Part shown: piece after piece, positions 1-11,844 of the stretch
How the letters are laid out: the number at the start of each line of letters is the position of its first letter
Numbering within the stretch: the stretch's first letter is position 1
Assembly (NCBI GenBank): GCA_051362555.1
Contig: JBPQGU010000016.1
Span: forward strand, 3,720,001 to 3,784,000
DNA from: Lingula anatina
Taxonomy: Eukaryota; Animalia; Brachiopoda
DNA: 64,000 nucleotides
Direction of reading: 5' to 3'
Made by a program: the position numbers and the translations under genes
The notes under the pieces: model-generated
The model's input: only the letters and a program-made list of their open reading frames with translations
Told to the model about the DNA's origin: nothing
Databases searched by the model: none

Positions 1-500
1 CGTCATTTACGGATCTATCCTGGTCCTCAGATCAAATTCAGTCTCTTATTTCTACCAATGAGTTACAACAGACTCCTTGTTTCTATATTGTTTCCGACAG
101 ACTGTTCTGGTCCTTCACCTGTAAATATCCATCATGACGTAATCAAATGTGGCACCGAAACGTGCCCTTGGCTGACTCTGTTATGGTCTCAAAATTTTTG
201 AAGCTTTAAGCTTTTAGATGCTACCTAGTTTCTTATTGAAAAGTCGAGATACAGAGGTGGCAATTGGCTTTTGATAAATCGGGTTAAATCGTATTTATGC
301 CCAGTAAAAGTTCTTGAAAATATTTAGATTTCATTGGTAGGCCTCGATCCTAGCTACAGCTTTTCAAATTTACATGGCCTATTTTAAATATAATATCGTT
401 GAGTTACAATGACAGTTATGTATGAAAATTGTATAACGACGAGGGGGAGTATCGGTGCGCGTACAACAGTAATTTATGAATACATTTTACAGTATTATGG
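1..500 (+). pseudogene. 3' part (tyrosine recombinase remnant and terminus) of a decayed DIRS/Ngaro-type retrotransposon
   Basis: About 230-330 translates FLIEKSRYRGGNWLLINRVKSYLCPVKVLE, resembling the YR core (I.KSKTD...G...CPV). The same sequence directly follows the RT/RNase H/MT relic at 21195. Confidence 0.7.
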
Positions 501-578
501 AATATACATGTATATTAGCGCCCGTGGTCTTATTGATCAATTAATGTGTGAATGAATAAGTCAAATCCACATGTACAT

Positions 579-853
579 CTGGGGCGGATCCAGGATTTTT
601 TGGAAGGGTGGTGGTGTTTTTTTTACGGATTGACAAGGCCTCGGAGTGCAAGGCCGACCCTCACCCCTTTGGAGTTATGTTTGGGGCACGCTCGAGGGCC
701 ACGAAAAAGGGTGTTTTAGAGGGAAAATATCTCCATTTGATACGGTTTATAACTATTATTCAGCTATAGATTTTGGGTGTAATTTTTTTTATCAGAAATC
801 GAAGGGAGGAGGGGGTCTGGATCCCCCCTGACACCCCCTCTTTATCCGCCATG
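579..853. mobile_element. MITE, CAGGGGCGGATCC-terminus type, 5-bp TSD TACAT
   Basis: Starts ctggggcggatccagg and ends tatccgccatg (degenerate TIR). TACAT lies at 574-578 and 854-858. Confidence 0.7.
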
Positions 854-1887
854 TACATGTATTAGACCGTGAACATTCGTGAACAGTTTCAACCACAGTC
901 CCTCGCCTGAAATGAGCCATGCCTGTCTGTAATTTGCATAACAATTACTTGCTCATCGTAGTGCGAGCTGTATTTCCGAATGCTCAGTAGGCAGTAGGAC
1001 ACAGCTAGGTGAAGACGCAATGTTCAACGTGCGGGTGCAGTCGCAACGCAGTCGTATGAGGCGTAGAAGCAAATGCATGTTTCGTAAGTAGCACTTTTTC
1101 TTCAGTATCGTATGTCAGTTGATAGAAAGAGAGTAGAAAAATGCAAAGAAATTTGCGACGAGTATTTACGGGTATGTTACTACTCTTTGTTGTCGCTGTC
1201 GCCTGTCGTTTCTGTTATGCCACTCAAAATATTATTTAGCAAATTAGTAAATGGGCATATTACCACAAAGATCACGGACATATTTACATGATGGTACCGT
1301 ACTTGTCACAGTTCCGAGCTTTTGATCCTAAGACAATGAACGATAGTCAGTTTTAGTAGGTTTGTTAATTTCATTATACATGTACCTGTAAAATGCTTGT
1401 AAGCAGTGTTGAAACACGGGGAAATGATTTATTCTAAAGCGAAATATGGTTCCCAAACGCGTGATGCAAAGCGATTTTAGATATTACAACTTTATATAGT
1501 AGGTAAAATAAATAAATAGTGATAACCTACACAAACTAGAGGAGTGTTTTCAATATTTTTTTTTTTTCAAAGCAAGATATCTGAAATATCTTTATTACTA
1601 ACTTCAGGTCTTAAATGTGGCGTTAGGCAACATAGAATCGATTGCTTTTTTGGGGTGCTATCTGAGCCTGAACTATGGACAAGTCAGATATTGTTAACAT
1701 TACCTTCTTATTTCAGAAGTCCACTGAGATACTGAGAACTGCACGGCACCTGGCTGCTAGCAACCAAGCCTGTCATTCACCCTCTGGAACCCTACGCTCA
1801 TCCATGCATCTTTTGTTTTAAAATTGAATAAATACGTTTGTCATTCCTTGTGTTCTTATTCACTTCCATATGAAATGATGATAAAAT

Positions 1888-1888
<1 letters not shown>

Positions 1889-1918
<30 letters not shown>
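1889..1918. repeat. (AAT)n microsatellite (copy at ~23083-23111)
   Basis: Direct reading. Confidence 0.95.
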
Positions 1919-2520
1919 GAGGGTTAGGGGTAAAATTGTAAAGATATTATTGTTTGAGCACTTTCAAATTAAATCTGCTAAAACTGATCTGTAAGAATTG
2001 TGTTTGGGATTGATGATTTCTCCAGTAACAGAGGATGTCGTAAATCGAAAGGATTAAAAGTTTTGTTAATATGCCCAGTATTTTGTAAATAATTGAGAGC
2101 ATTTTAAGAATACATCTACAGGATTTCCAACAGCCCACATTTATAAATACAATTTGTATGAATTTACGATATTGCTTTTTTAAAAATCTGTCCTACATTT
2201 TTTATAGTGAGACGGGTTTTTTAATATCTATTTATAAATTAGTTCATCCTCCCAGATAAAATTTTCTTAATTTAATATAAGTCCATATTCTAAGGGTTTT
2301 GGTTTGCTAGAGAAAATTGTTTCAAATTTCACGACCTTCTCATCAAACGAACGCTTCAATTTTAAATTAAAACGGAAATATAAGAGATCTTGACACACTT
2401 TTGAAATGGGAACAATGAAATTTGCTCCTCCACCCAAAACTTAGAACTGCATATTCTGATATGTTTGAAAATGTCTCATTAAAATCATAATTAAAATAAA
2501 TTGATCCTTTTATATAAAGA

Positions 2521-3014
2521 AATGGACTCGCCCCACCTGTCACCCCTCAAATCGAATGGACTTGTCCCACCTGTCACCCCTCAGATGAAATGGACTCGCC
2601 CCACCTGTCACCCCTCAAATCGAATGGACTCGCCCCACCTGTCACCCCTCAAATCGAATGGACTCGTCCCACCTGTCACCCCTCAAATGGAATGGACTCA
2701 CCCCACCTGTCACCCCTCAAATCGAATGGACTCGCCCCACCTGTCACCCCTCAAATGGAATGGACTCGTCCCACCTGTCACCCCTCAGATGGAATGGACT
2801 CGCCCCACCTGTCACCCCTCAGATGAAATGGACTCGCCCCACCTGTCACCCCTAAGATGAAATGGACTCGCCCCACCTGTCACCCCTCAGATGAAATGGA
2901 CTCGCCCCACCTGTCACCCCTCAGATGAAATGGACTCGCCCCACCTGTCACCCCTCAAATCGAATGGACTCGTCCCACCTGTCACCCCTCAAATCGAATG
3001 GACTCGACCCACTT
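2521..3014. repeat. 34-bp minisatellite, ~14.5 units
   Basis: Unit aatggactcgccccacctgtcacccctcaaatcg, with agatga/aaatgg variants at the unit end. Confidence 0.97.
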
Positions 3015-3033
3015 GAAAACTTTCAATGCAGGT

Positions 3034-5927
3034 CAGTGGTGGGTGGAAGGGTATCACGTGATTTTCGGGAACCAATGAAATAAGCAGGAATTTTACACTC
3101 CGTTATAGGTAAACAAAATGGCACGTTCGACGCACCAGGAGGATTGTTTATTTAGGAGGCATGCACATAAATTTGGTGGGTATTTTAAAAGCATTTTACT
3201 ATTTACAACGATCAGTACCATCTCAACTTAACTCATGTGAAGTGATTTTCAAGTGTTTGGTCTGTTTATGTTTTTATGACAATTTAAATTAGGCATAGCT
3301 TCATATGTAGTTTGACAATTGTAAACTGAAGTTTTCACACCACAAGCCTTCTTTCAAGTGAAATATCTCGAAAAGCACTGGGACGATTTTTTTCCAACTT
3401 TTCAGTAATGTTGCTCATTTATTTGTTGACAAAAAGTGCCGATGGCACCCGATGGCACCCCTGGATCTTTGGAGTTATAGACGGTATAATCCTTCATGCC
3501 CAATTACGACCATTTTTGTAGGAATGCGTCTTTATAATGTTAAACTCCCTCATTAAAAAGCATATATCTGAAAAAGTAAACGGTAGATTTTTTCCAAATC
3601 TTAATCTGACGTTTTTCGTGTACCTTTTTACATAATATGTAGCCTGCAACTGACAGCACCCCTGGGTCTTGGGATATATAGACAATGCAGTGCCATGGCA
3701 AATTACGGCCATTTTTGTTTGAGTGAATTTTGGATCACGCAGACCCCGTCTTTCAAATCAAATATCTGAAAAAGCAATCGGACAATTATTTTCAAAATTG
3801 TCAGAAATGTTGCTTAGATATTGGTTAGCAAAAAGAGCCTATGGCACCCAATGGCACCCCAGGATCTTGAGAATTATAGGCTGTATATAGTGCATGCCAA
3901 AGTACTGTTTTGGTTATCCCACGGCCAGCATTTATAACAACAGCATAATTGCACTTGTATATCACTTACATGCTTGTCTGTATTTTAAAGCATAATGTGC
4001 AATCTGATCACTATACAAGCACATTCCTACAACTGTTGAAGGGCTAGTCATGGTATTAGTCAGTTACAACTACTTGTCATTCACTGTGTATGATGTACAA
4101 GAGCCTATTATATCTCAACTGTAGCTCCATATAATAGCACTCTTTTATGCCACATACAGTAATTGGCTCAAGTACATATCAAATAAACATTTTTTTTTAA
4201 ATACTGATGATAGTCTCATATCTTTTTCAGCATGGACTACAATTTTTATTTTTGAAATGCTGTGCACTATAAAGGTGAGAAGTAATTCATCGGAATGCCA
4301 TAGTTGTAAACTTGTGACTTATGTTTCCATTGCTCATCTATTTCGTTAACATTGACAAAAACATGTTCTGTGTTTGTTTTGCCTAAACTTTCATTTTAAT
4401 CTTACTATCATAAAAATTGAAATCATATTTAAGTATAATGGTAACAGGTTACCTAAAAAGTTGAAGCCTTATCCAGTTAAATAATAATAATATCAAATAT
4501 AAAACATTTACTGCTTTTTAATTTCAGGGAATGGAAACAGCTTTTAACCTCATAATGGGATACCGCCTATGGATTGTAGCTGAAATTAGAGACTTGAGAT
4601 AACAGGAATGATGTTTGTTATTTCCAAAATCTGTGCCTTCATGGAGTGTGACATTGTAATAAACATGATTGCTTTTTAATTACTCAGTCATCAAATGTTA
4701 AATTAGTAGTTTGTCACAATATCAAATATTGTATTATCTGCATAGAGAATTCCCCTCATCTTTTGTAAGTTAAGTTTTGATTAATTAAGTAAAGTGAGTA
4801 GTAAGTCTCATGAACTTGGAGAAAATTAAATACTGCAGATCTTGAAAAAACTTCGTTTATTGTGATTTCTGTCAGGTATGAGGATTTGTAAATGTTGATA
4901 ATACATTACATTTTCTGTCTCTTATTATATGCATTTACCATGATTTCTCACTCTGAGTAATGTTCGCATCTGGCAAACTAACTTGAAATTCAAGGCATAT
5001 TTTATAGTTTTAAAAAAGTGATATTAAAATCTGACCAATACGAATTTAAAGTAATCTGAATTCTATCAGGATTTCAGTCTTGCCTGTGCTATGTATGTAT
5101 TTGTAGGTTGTCACCCTTTTAAATCATTTAAAAAGTATTATTATATTATTTCAATATTTTGTGAATATTTAAATGAGTTATAAAATTTATAAGAAAAATG
5201 TAAGAAATAAAATATACTGTTAATTATTTTTTTATGAAATATGTGAAATAAAAAGTTTATAATCATATCAAAGTTCTTCCATTTGTTTATGATAATTTTG
5301 TCATTTTACATTTTCTTTGCCTTAAACTTTGGTCAAGCTTACTTTCCAAAAAAAAAAAAAAAAAAAACTTTGTCACATGCCCTTTCTTATAGTTATCTGA
5401 ATTATCAACTTGTCATAATTTACTATTTTAATTTCTAGAGTTAATTATTATTCTTATTCAAACAAGAAATTATCAATTATACACAGAAAAATTAAAGTCA
5501 ATAACAAATCAACACTGCCAGCAAATTTTACTCTGCCCAAGCTACAGTCACTATATATAGGATAGTAGGCCTACACACTGACAGAGATGTGATACCTATG
5601 CCACGGTGACATTTTACAACTCTACTCGTCGGTTTGTTGATCATAAATTGCACATTTTTTCAAGTGTTTCATTATTAGTTTGTAGCATCCATATTTATAT
5701 TTATATACATTTATACATAATGAAACAAAGTCGGCGTAACGTTACGCAAATGCCCCAATAAACAATGCATCGCACACAGTTGCGCCAACGCTTTACTGGA
5801 CGAAGACGCAGGAAGACGTCGCCGGGAGCTCACTTTCGATGTTCACTCTTCGACGGCAAAACGTCAAATGACTGACGTGCGTGCGCATCATTTGACGTAT
5901 CACGTGATACCCTTCCAACCACCACTG
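3034..5927. mobile_element. Non-autonomous DNA transposon with 29-bp TIRs and 9-bp TSD (hAT-like CAG termini; MULE not excluded)
   Basis: TIR cagtggtgggtggaagggtatcacgtgat (3034-3062) and its reverse complement at 5899-5927 (1 mismatch). AATGCAGGT flanks both sides (3025-3033, 5928-5936). No transposase ORF inside. Confidence 0.92.
3350..3900. repeat. Three diverged ~200-bp tandem units inside the TIR element
   Basis: Motif order atatct(c/g)(g/a)aaaag...gcacccc(t/a)gg(a/g)tctt...cat(g)(g/c)c recurs at about 3360, 3563 and 3760. Confidence 0.75.
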
Positions 5928-6169
5928 AATGCAGGTCGTCTCCTTACAGGGTCTAGCTATCCAGTGACCAACCAGGAGCATAGCTTGCACTGCGATGCGC
6001 GACTTTTTCTTATGCAAATTACAACTGGTACAGTGCATGGCACATTTGAGGAGTTGCTGTGGAAATTGGTCTCAAAGAACGGCGAAATTATGGAAATTAT
6101 TTTACTATTGTGACAAGGCTATTACCCGCGTAGACCTATTTGTCACCATACATAATATTTTTCTAGGAC

Positions 6170-8640
6170 AACTAGTTTATATTAAATCAAAAACTAAAAA
6201 TAGCAATGAAGATAGGTATAACAAGTAAATGATGATGCTCATACATTCGGGGAGTAGCTTTGCGTAGGATGAAATATATTGTATTGTACGCCCCCCTGGC
6301 TGTCGATTGTAAGTAATAGACATAAACTGGCCCGCTCGAAGATTCTGCGGGTCCGTGGTCAAAGTTAAATAAAAATAACCATGATTAAGGGAAGTTATTG
6401 AAGTTATCAATTTAAGATTTTAGAGATACTAATAAATTTACCTTTTTTAACACTGGTCGTATTCACAAAAGATCGTAAACATTACAGAGAGAAGGAAAAG
6501 TACCCAAGAGAAGGGAGGTGGGGGGGGGGGGGGGTGTGTGAAGGAGCGCAATGTGAAACAAATTAATATTATGTTCTTATTTATCTATTCAATTTCATAA
6601 ATAATTTGTAAACTCTTCACTCTTGATTCAAATAAATAAAAAGCAACAATTAAAACTTGTAGTACTTGCCACAGAAGCCAAACTGAAGTAAAACATTTGA
6701 AATAGCATAAAAAGAGGAAGACAAGTAAAAAAAATTAAATTCTCAAATTTTTAGAAACTAATAATCTTTCTTCGACAGTATCCTTAACATAACCGTCTTT
6801 TGTGTTTTCAGATCGCCATCTACCGTGTTTCTTAAACAGTCTGTCTTTAGTCCCTGCATTAGAATCCAGCATATGAAATCAAACAAACGGAAAGTACTCG
6901 GAGATCCTTCAAAGTGACTTCAGAACTCATAAAATTAGTAACCAATTTAGAAATGTGCTTAGCAGTTACAGGTTCCTTTTTTGTTACTCTATGATCTTTC
7001 CGTCTCTGAGATGCTTCCCTCACTGCAATAACGAATTTTGACTCGCAATTTCGGATTTTTCTTACAGTTGGCTGTACCATGAAACCATTTTAAAGTGTAA
7101 AAAGATGTCTAAGCCGCAGCAGAATAATTACAAGTTTGTGACAAATTTTGAAGATAAAAAGCAACAATCGAGTCTTTCGCTGTAAAGAAAGAGGTCACAC
7201 CGATCGTATTACACCGTTCAAGCCATTTTTGGAAGCCGTAAGAATATTTTCTCACTGTGTTGTCTGCTCTTGACTTCAAAATGACATCTGGTAATGAATC
7301 TGCTAAAGCCTTCAAACTTTTATTGCTTGTAACCTCCACGTCTTGGAGGATAGCATTATCAAGAAAACATGAAAAAGGAAAAAAAGAAAATTTTTGAAAA
7401 CAAAACTCTAGCAATCGTTCCCATAATCTCTGTTCATCCTGGACAATAATCATGTCCATGTTAACTGTCATTGATCAATGATTGTGATCCTAATGGCCAT
7501 TTCTTCCATTCCTTCCTTCAATGTTGCAGAACTCCATTACAGCATGTTGTATCGATAACCCATTGGTAACTAGAGCGCAGACCTCCGCCAAGGCAGCGAT
7601 TTTTTATTATTATTGATTTTTGATTGATTATTGATCCGGATCACCACCAAAAAATAATCATCTCTTCCTTGGCCCACTTCGTGCAGTTCCTGAAAAATTC
7701 ATCAAAATCGGTCTAAGAAATACATAAACAAAGCCATCTCCATTATATCAATGATCCAGTGATCGTCTGTTTATCTCTCCTTCGAAGAAAGTGAGTTTTA
7801 AATTCTATAAACAGATGACCAATTATTCATCTACTTTAAATCCCTTTAAATATGAAAAACTTATTCGTATTTAAAACAAATGGTCCCAAACCGGGTTTTC
7901 TGGCATCTGAATAGACCGTTTTTAACTTACTAGGCAAGCTTTGTACACGTAGACTTTTCTCATTTAAAAAAAAAAAAGAAAACTAAATTGTCTTTCCAAA
8001 AATTAATTCTTTAATGCAAGACATTCGTCTTTAATATTAATATTAAAATCCCAATGCTTCCTCTAGTTATTTATCTAGATACATTTCCAATCAATGGAGA
8101 CATAATAATAAAACAGAAATAATTTTACCTGTACCCCTGGCCAATTTTATAGCTGTTATATACGGTAAATCTGAAACCAATTCGTCTAAAAGACACAGAG
8201 CATTACTAGTACATGTAGAAAGCCTTCTTTCGGGAATAAACAATCCCCTTACTTCCATGTCCCAAATAATCCCCAACCATTCCAATTTGTTGACTGGTTC
8301 TAATTTACTTTTTTCAGCGTTTAAAACAAAATCTGCTTTAAACAGATCCATTTTAATTTTTTAGAATGTAGTTTTAAATGTAATATATTTTTCTAGGGAA
8401 TTTTCAGACACAATACCGTCATCTAAATAAACAACAATGGGGATTCCATTTTTCTCCAATACCCAACTAAACGTCTAAGTATTTTAGTAAAAATAAACGG
8501 TGCTGAAGAAAGGCCAAACGAAAGTACCAAAAAAAAAAAAAAAAAAAAAAAAAGAATTCTTTCCGTTGATTTAAAAAAGTTTGAGATGCCGGAGCAATAT
8601 CTAAATGGTGAATAAATAAATAAACACAACACTTAACTGC
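6170..8640 (-). pseudogene. Decayed DIRS/Ngaro-type tyrosine-recombinase retrotransposon (RT, RNase H start, YR)
   Basis: Minus strand: VLSFGLSSAPFIFTK and YLDD (~8419-8430), KSKLEP..LEWLGIIWD, YSDA (~7905). YR N-terminus SRADNTVRKY...CLISYAGF and C-terminus DRLFKKHGRWRSENTKDGYVKD (~6850-6780). Multiple frameshifts, stops and deletions. Confidence 0.9.
7568..7740. mobile_element. Truncated Helentron-associated (HINE/DINE-like) non-autonomous element inside the DIRS relic
   Basis: aactagagcgcagacctccgccaaggc...gatccggatcaccaccaaaa...ttcatcaaaatcgg, with a CTAGTT end on the minus strand. Family recognised from memory only. Confidence 0.55.
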
Positions 8641-8649
8641 AGAATTATC

Positions 8650-9350
8650 TCAACAAATATTATCTGTGGTCTTGCTCACATTCCCAAAAGTGAGAGTGTA
8701 ATATGCCTTTGGTCCATGCAACCAGATCTCTTGTCCTCCTTGTCTGTTCAGCCTAAAATATAAAATTGCAAGACAGCTATTTAATTCTTAATGCATAACT
8801 CTATTAAAAAGGAAAATGTCCATGATGGAAAAAAATTCATTTATTTTTTCTACCTGAAGATATGGAAAATGGTGCAATAGTTTGTGTTGTTCTCATGCAT
8901 ATCTACTCACAGTGATTTTTGCCCCATGCCAAATGTCCCACGAATGTTTTATCCCGATTCATTTTTTTTTTCTGAAATAAGAAAAATTTAGCTAAATATA
9001 TAAAGAGATATAACAAAAAAATAGCAAGAATTGCAACTAAATAATCACATACATGTAGATACATTTCACATACTAAATTTGCTTTCTAATTATTATAGTA
9101 AGACCTAAACAGCACTTTGTACTTAAGTGTGCAACAAGGGCAACTTTGACCACTTCTGTTGCACTGATTCCTTTTTTTTTTTCAGGAAATCCATAGCCCT
9201 GACAAACCCTTCCTTCTCCATTACAGAGCTACTCAGCTTGGTTTCTTTCTTCCTTACAACTTCTGCTTCCAACACATCCCCTGTTTCATAGTCAACAATA
9301 ATGCTCGCGCAATATTGTGCACTATGTTCTGGGCTGTCCATTCTGCCATC
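8650..9350 (-). pseudogene. Intron-containing DDE transposase relic (DxxH type, Kolobok/Mutator-like)
   Basis: Exons translate DGRMDSPEHSAQYC...EVVRKKETKLSSSVMEKEGFVRAMDFL, then KHSWDIWHGAKN (~8950-8915), then DLVAWTKGILHSHFWEC (~8730-8680). GT-AG boundaries near 9122/8972 and 8911/8753. Stops and frameshifts present. Confidence 0.7.
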
Positions 9351-9563
9351 AACTATGAATAAATGGGATATATCGAAACACGGACATCATAAATATGTGG
9401 TGCGACAATTCCTAAAACAACACTTGGTGGGATTTAGGACACATTCCTATAGACACCACAGGTCTACATTGATCGACCAGACTTGGCATGGATTTTCACT
9501 GCTATCAGTTGAATAGGTAACCCCCCCCCCTCTAAGAAATAAAATTGTTCATGTTCCTTTTGT

Positions 9564-9565
<2 letters not shown>

Positions 9566-9622
<57 letters not shown>

Positions 9623-9626
9623 TATA
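9566..9626. repeat. (TA)n microsatellite (copy at ~30757-30815)
   Basis: Direct reading. Confidence 0.97.
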
Positions 9627-10264
9627 ATTTCCAAAGGAATAGAGGGTAATAAGTCATACTCAAATTATATTTTAGGATGCCAACCCATGTTATTTTCATC
9701 TTATTCCTTCTCAAAGTGTGTCTTGCCTTTAAATGTAAAGCTCTATGTTATTTAATGAAAGACAATATAAGTTCCATCTGTTTAGAGATGTATGTCGGTC
9801 TGCTTTATAGCAATTAAGTCCCTGCTGTGGTTTAGGCCTACTGGTCACAACCAGAACATCAGAACCACTGCTTCCATCCACCGCTTCTACTTGTGGACAT
9901 GGTGGACATACACTTGATATAGAAACAAAACACGCATTTAGTTAAAATTTTAGATTAATCCATTTAATCCATAAAGTTTAAATAACACATTTGCGATAAA
10001 GTTTTTGATTAAGTTTTTTATCAAAATTAAAATAGATTATTGTAATAATGTTATTAAAGTATGTGCCCTTTTTCAAATGCAAAGAATGCAAAGCAACCCT
10101 TATATATACATGTACCTGTATATAAATATGTTTGATAAGATCTCTTGGAGATATTTAAGCACATTTAAAAGACACTCACTCAGAAACAGAGTTTTCAATA
10201 TCGCTTAATTTGGGATCAGGAATGGACTTAGCAGTGGTCCTCACCCTCGCCTGAACAAAGAAGC

Positions 10265-10700
10265 TCAAACAAATCAAGAACAAATCAATATCCGAATAAC
10301 GACGGTGATATGGCCCTGCTGGCGCATATTAATTTCGTGATCTGTAAACACAGGGAATCAGCAGTTGTAAACATTCTCTTATAGTATATTTTGAACAAGC
10401 TGTCTGTACAGGGAGGGGGGGGGGGGCGGGGTCGGCCCGCCCCCTTAAAATATTCCTGGATCCGCCCCTGGATCCGCCACATGGTACCTATCTGTATCTT
10501 AAAAAAAAAAAACTGCTGGTATATGATAGACGGGAAGAGGGAGCGCATGGGAAATGACGGTGTAGGCCGGATCTAAAGCCTTCCACAGTTTCAGCAGTAA
10601 CTTGTTGGTCACTTCGTTCATTCCACTCGGTGACTGTTCTGGTAAAGAAAGAGTTTCAAACTGGTGTGTCGCAGTGTGATTCTTGCACTTAAAGTTTGTT
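10265..10700 (-). pseudogene. 3' fragment of a CR1-group LINE (end of ORF2 and 3' UTR)
   Basis: Minus strand from ~10652 reads SFFTRTVTEWNERSDQQVTAETVEGFRSGL, matching the SFF.RT..EWN.L...A..VE.FK C-terminal motif. Ends in short ttgattt-like repeats. Confidence 0.6.
10408..10483. mobile_element. Deleted MITE remnant (CTGGATCCGCCCCTG terminus, partly duplicated)
   Basis: G-tract followed by cctggatccgcccctggatccgccac; same terminus type as 579 and 16319. Confidence 0.6.
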
Positions 10701-11844
10701 TTAAATCCTAATATTAGCACATAAATGTAATTTATTCTAAAATGTGAGGCCTAATTATAAGGAGCTACGGGCAAATTTCTTCAACAATCAGTTTCTTTTT
10801 CAAACTGATTGTTTGACACATCATGATAACAACGGAAACCACCAAACTTCAATTAAGATAATTAATTGTATTTATGTAGCAAATGGGTTGTTTTAGTGGT
10901 GGTATTAACTTTTTGGTAATACATCAACGTTTTGTTTATAGGAAATTAGTCTGGTTAGTTAGTAGTAGGTAGTAGGATGGTAGTTTGGGTCTTGTGTCTT
11001 CACATTTTTACCTTAAGTAGTTGACCAAGGCAAGGTGATAACAGATGTCCCGGGTTTAGGAATTTCTTAGCTGCTGTGTATCTAGGCACACACATTTGCA
11101 CCCCCACCTTTAATAATTATATATTTCTTTTTAGTTACCCGCACGAAAATGCAGTAGTATCGAAGTAGCAAAGCGGCGGGAGCATATTTGCAGAATAGCC
11201 TACTGCAATTCTACTCCAAAAAGTACATAGGTTTGTACAGAGAGGAGCATAAATGCATAATTTTTTTACTTCCCATGACAAAACACCCCGGTGACTCCCT
11301 TCGCCACATAAGTTTTCATGTAATTATTAAACAGAGCAAAAAATCTCCCTATTTCTGTAGAATTATAAATTTTATGAAAGATGTTTTTGGGACTAATTCT
11401 ATTGAGCTGCATTCAGTGAGAAGTCGTTCAGCTTTGTAGCTGCGGAGATATTGACGGCCGCACTAAAAAATTCCTGCAAAACTGCATGAACAGAATATTT
11501 TGGTGAAACATTTCCTATTCTCATAGACAGCAGACTCACTGACGTAACTCCCAATGCCACAAAAAGTTACTTTTCATACCGGCAGTACTGTAATTGAACA
11601 TGTGCATTCTCTTGTTTGTAAACAAACCACTGCACTGCTCACAGTTGTAAGCTCCCTCCGCCAGATGTCCGAAACTGTACAGCACTGAGCCAGGTCTCGC
11701 CCAAAAATAAGAAGCAATTTAGGCCCCAACCTGCTACTTGACACCAAATTAACCACTAGCAACACACAAAAAATGTCAGGAAAAAAACTGGAAACAATCA
11801 CTAATTTTTCAAGCAGAACTTCATTCGTCTATAACAGTCCGTGA

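Noticed and set aside
900-1850. Small spliced host gene or lncRNA (acceptor-like ttcag sites, AATAAA at ~1827)
   Set aside because: No coherent ORF, and such signals are common in AT-rich DNA. Transcript data would be needed.
1920-1931. Telomeric repeat (gggttagggg)
   Set aside because: Single occurrence per unit, not an array.
2501-3014. CRISPR-like array or repeat protein
   Set aside because: The units are contiguous with no unique spacers and there are no cas genes. The 34-bp period is not a multiple of 3.
863-5956. Larger TAGACC-terminated transposon enclosing the minisatellite and the TIR element
   Set aside because: Only a short imperfect inverted match (tagaccgtgaa versus ttacagggtcta) and no TSD.
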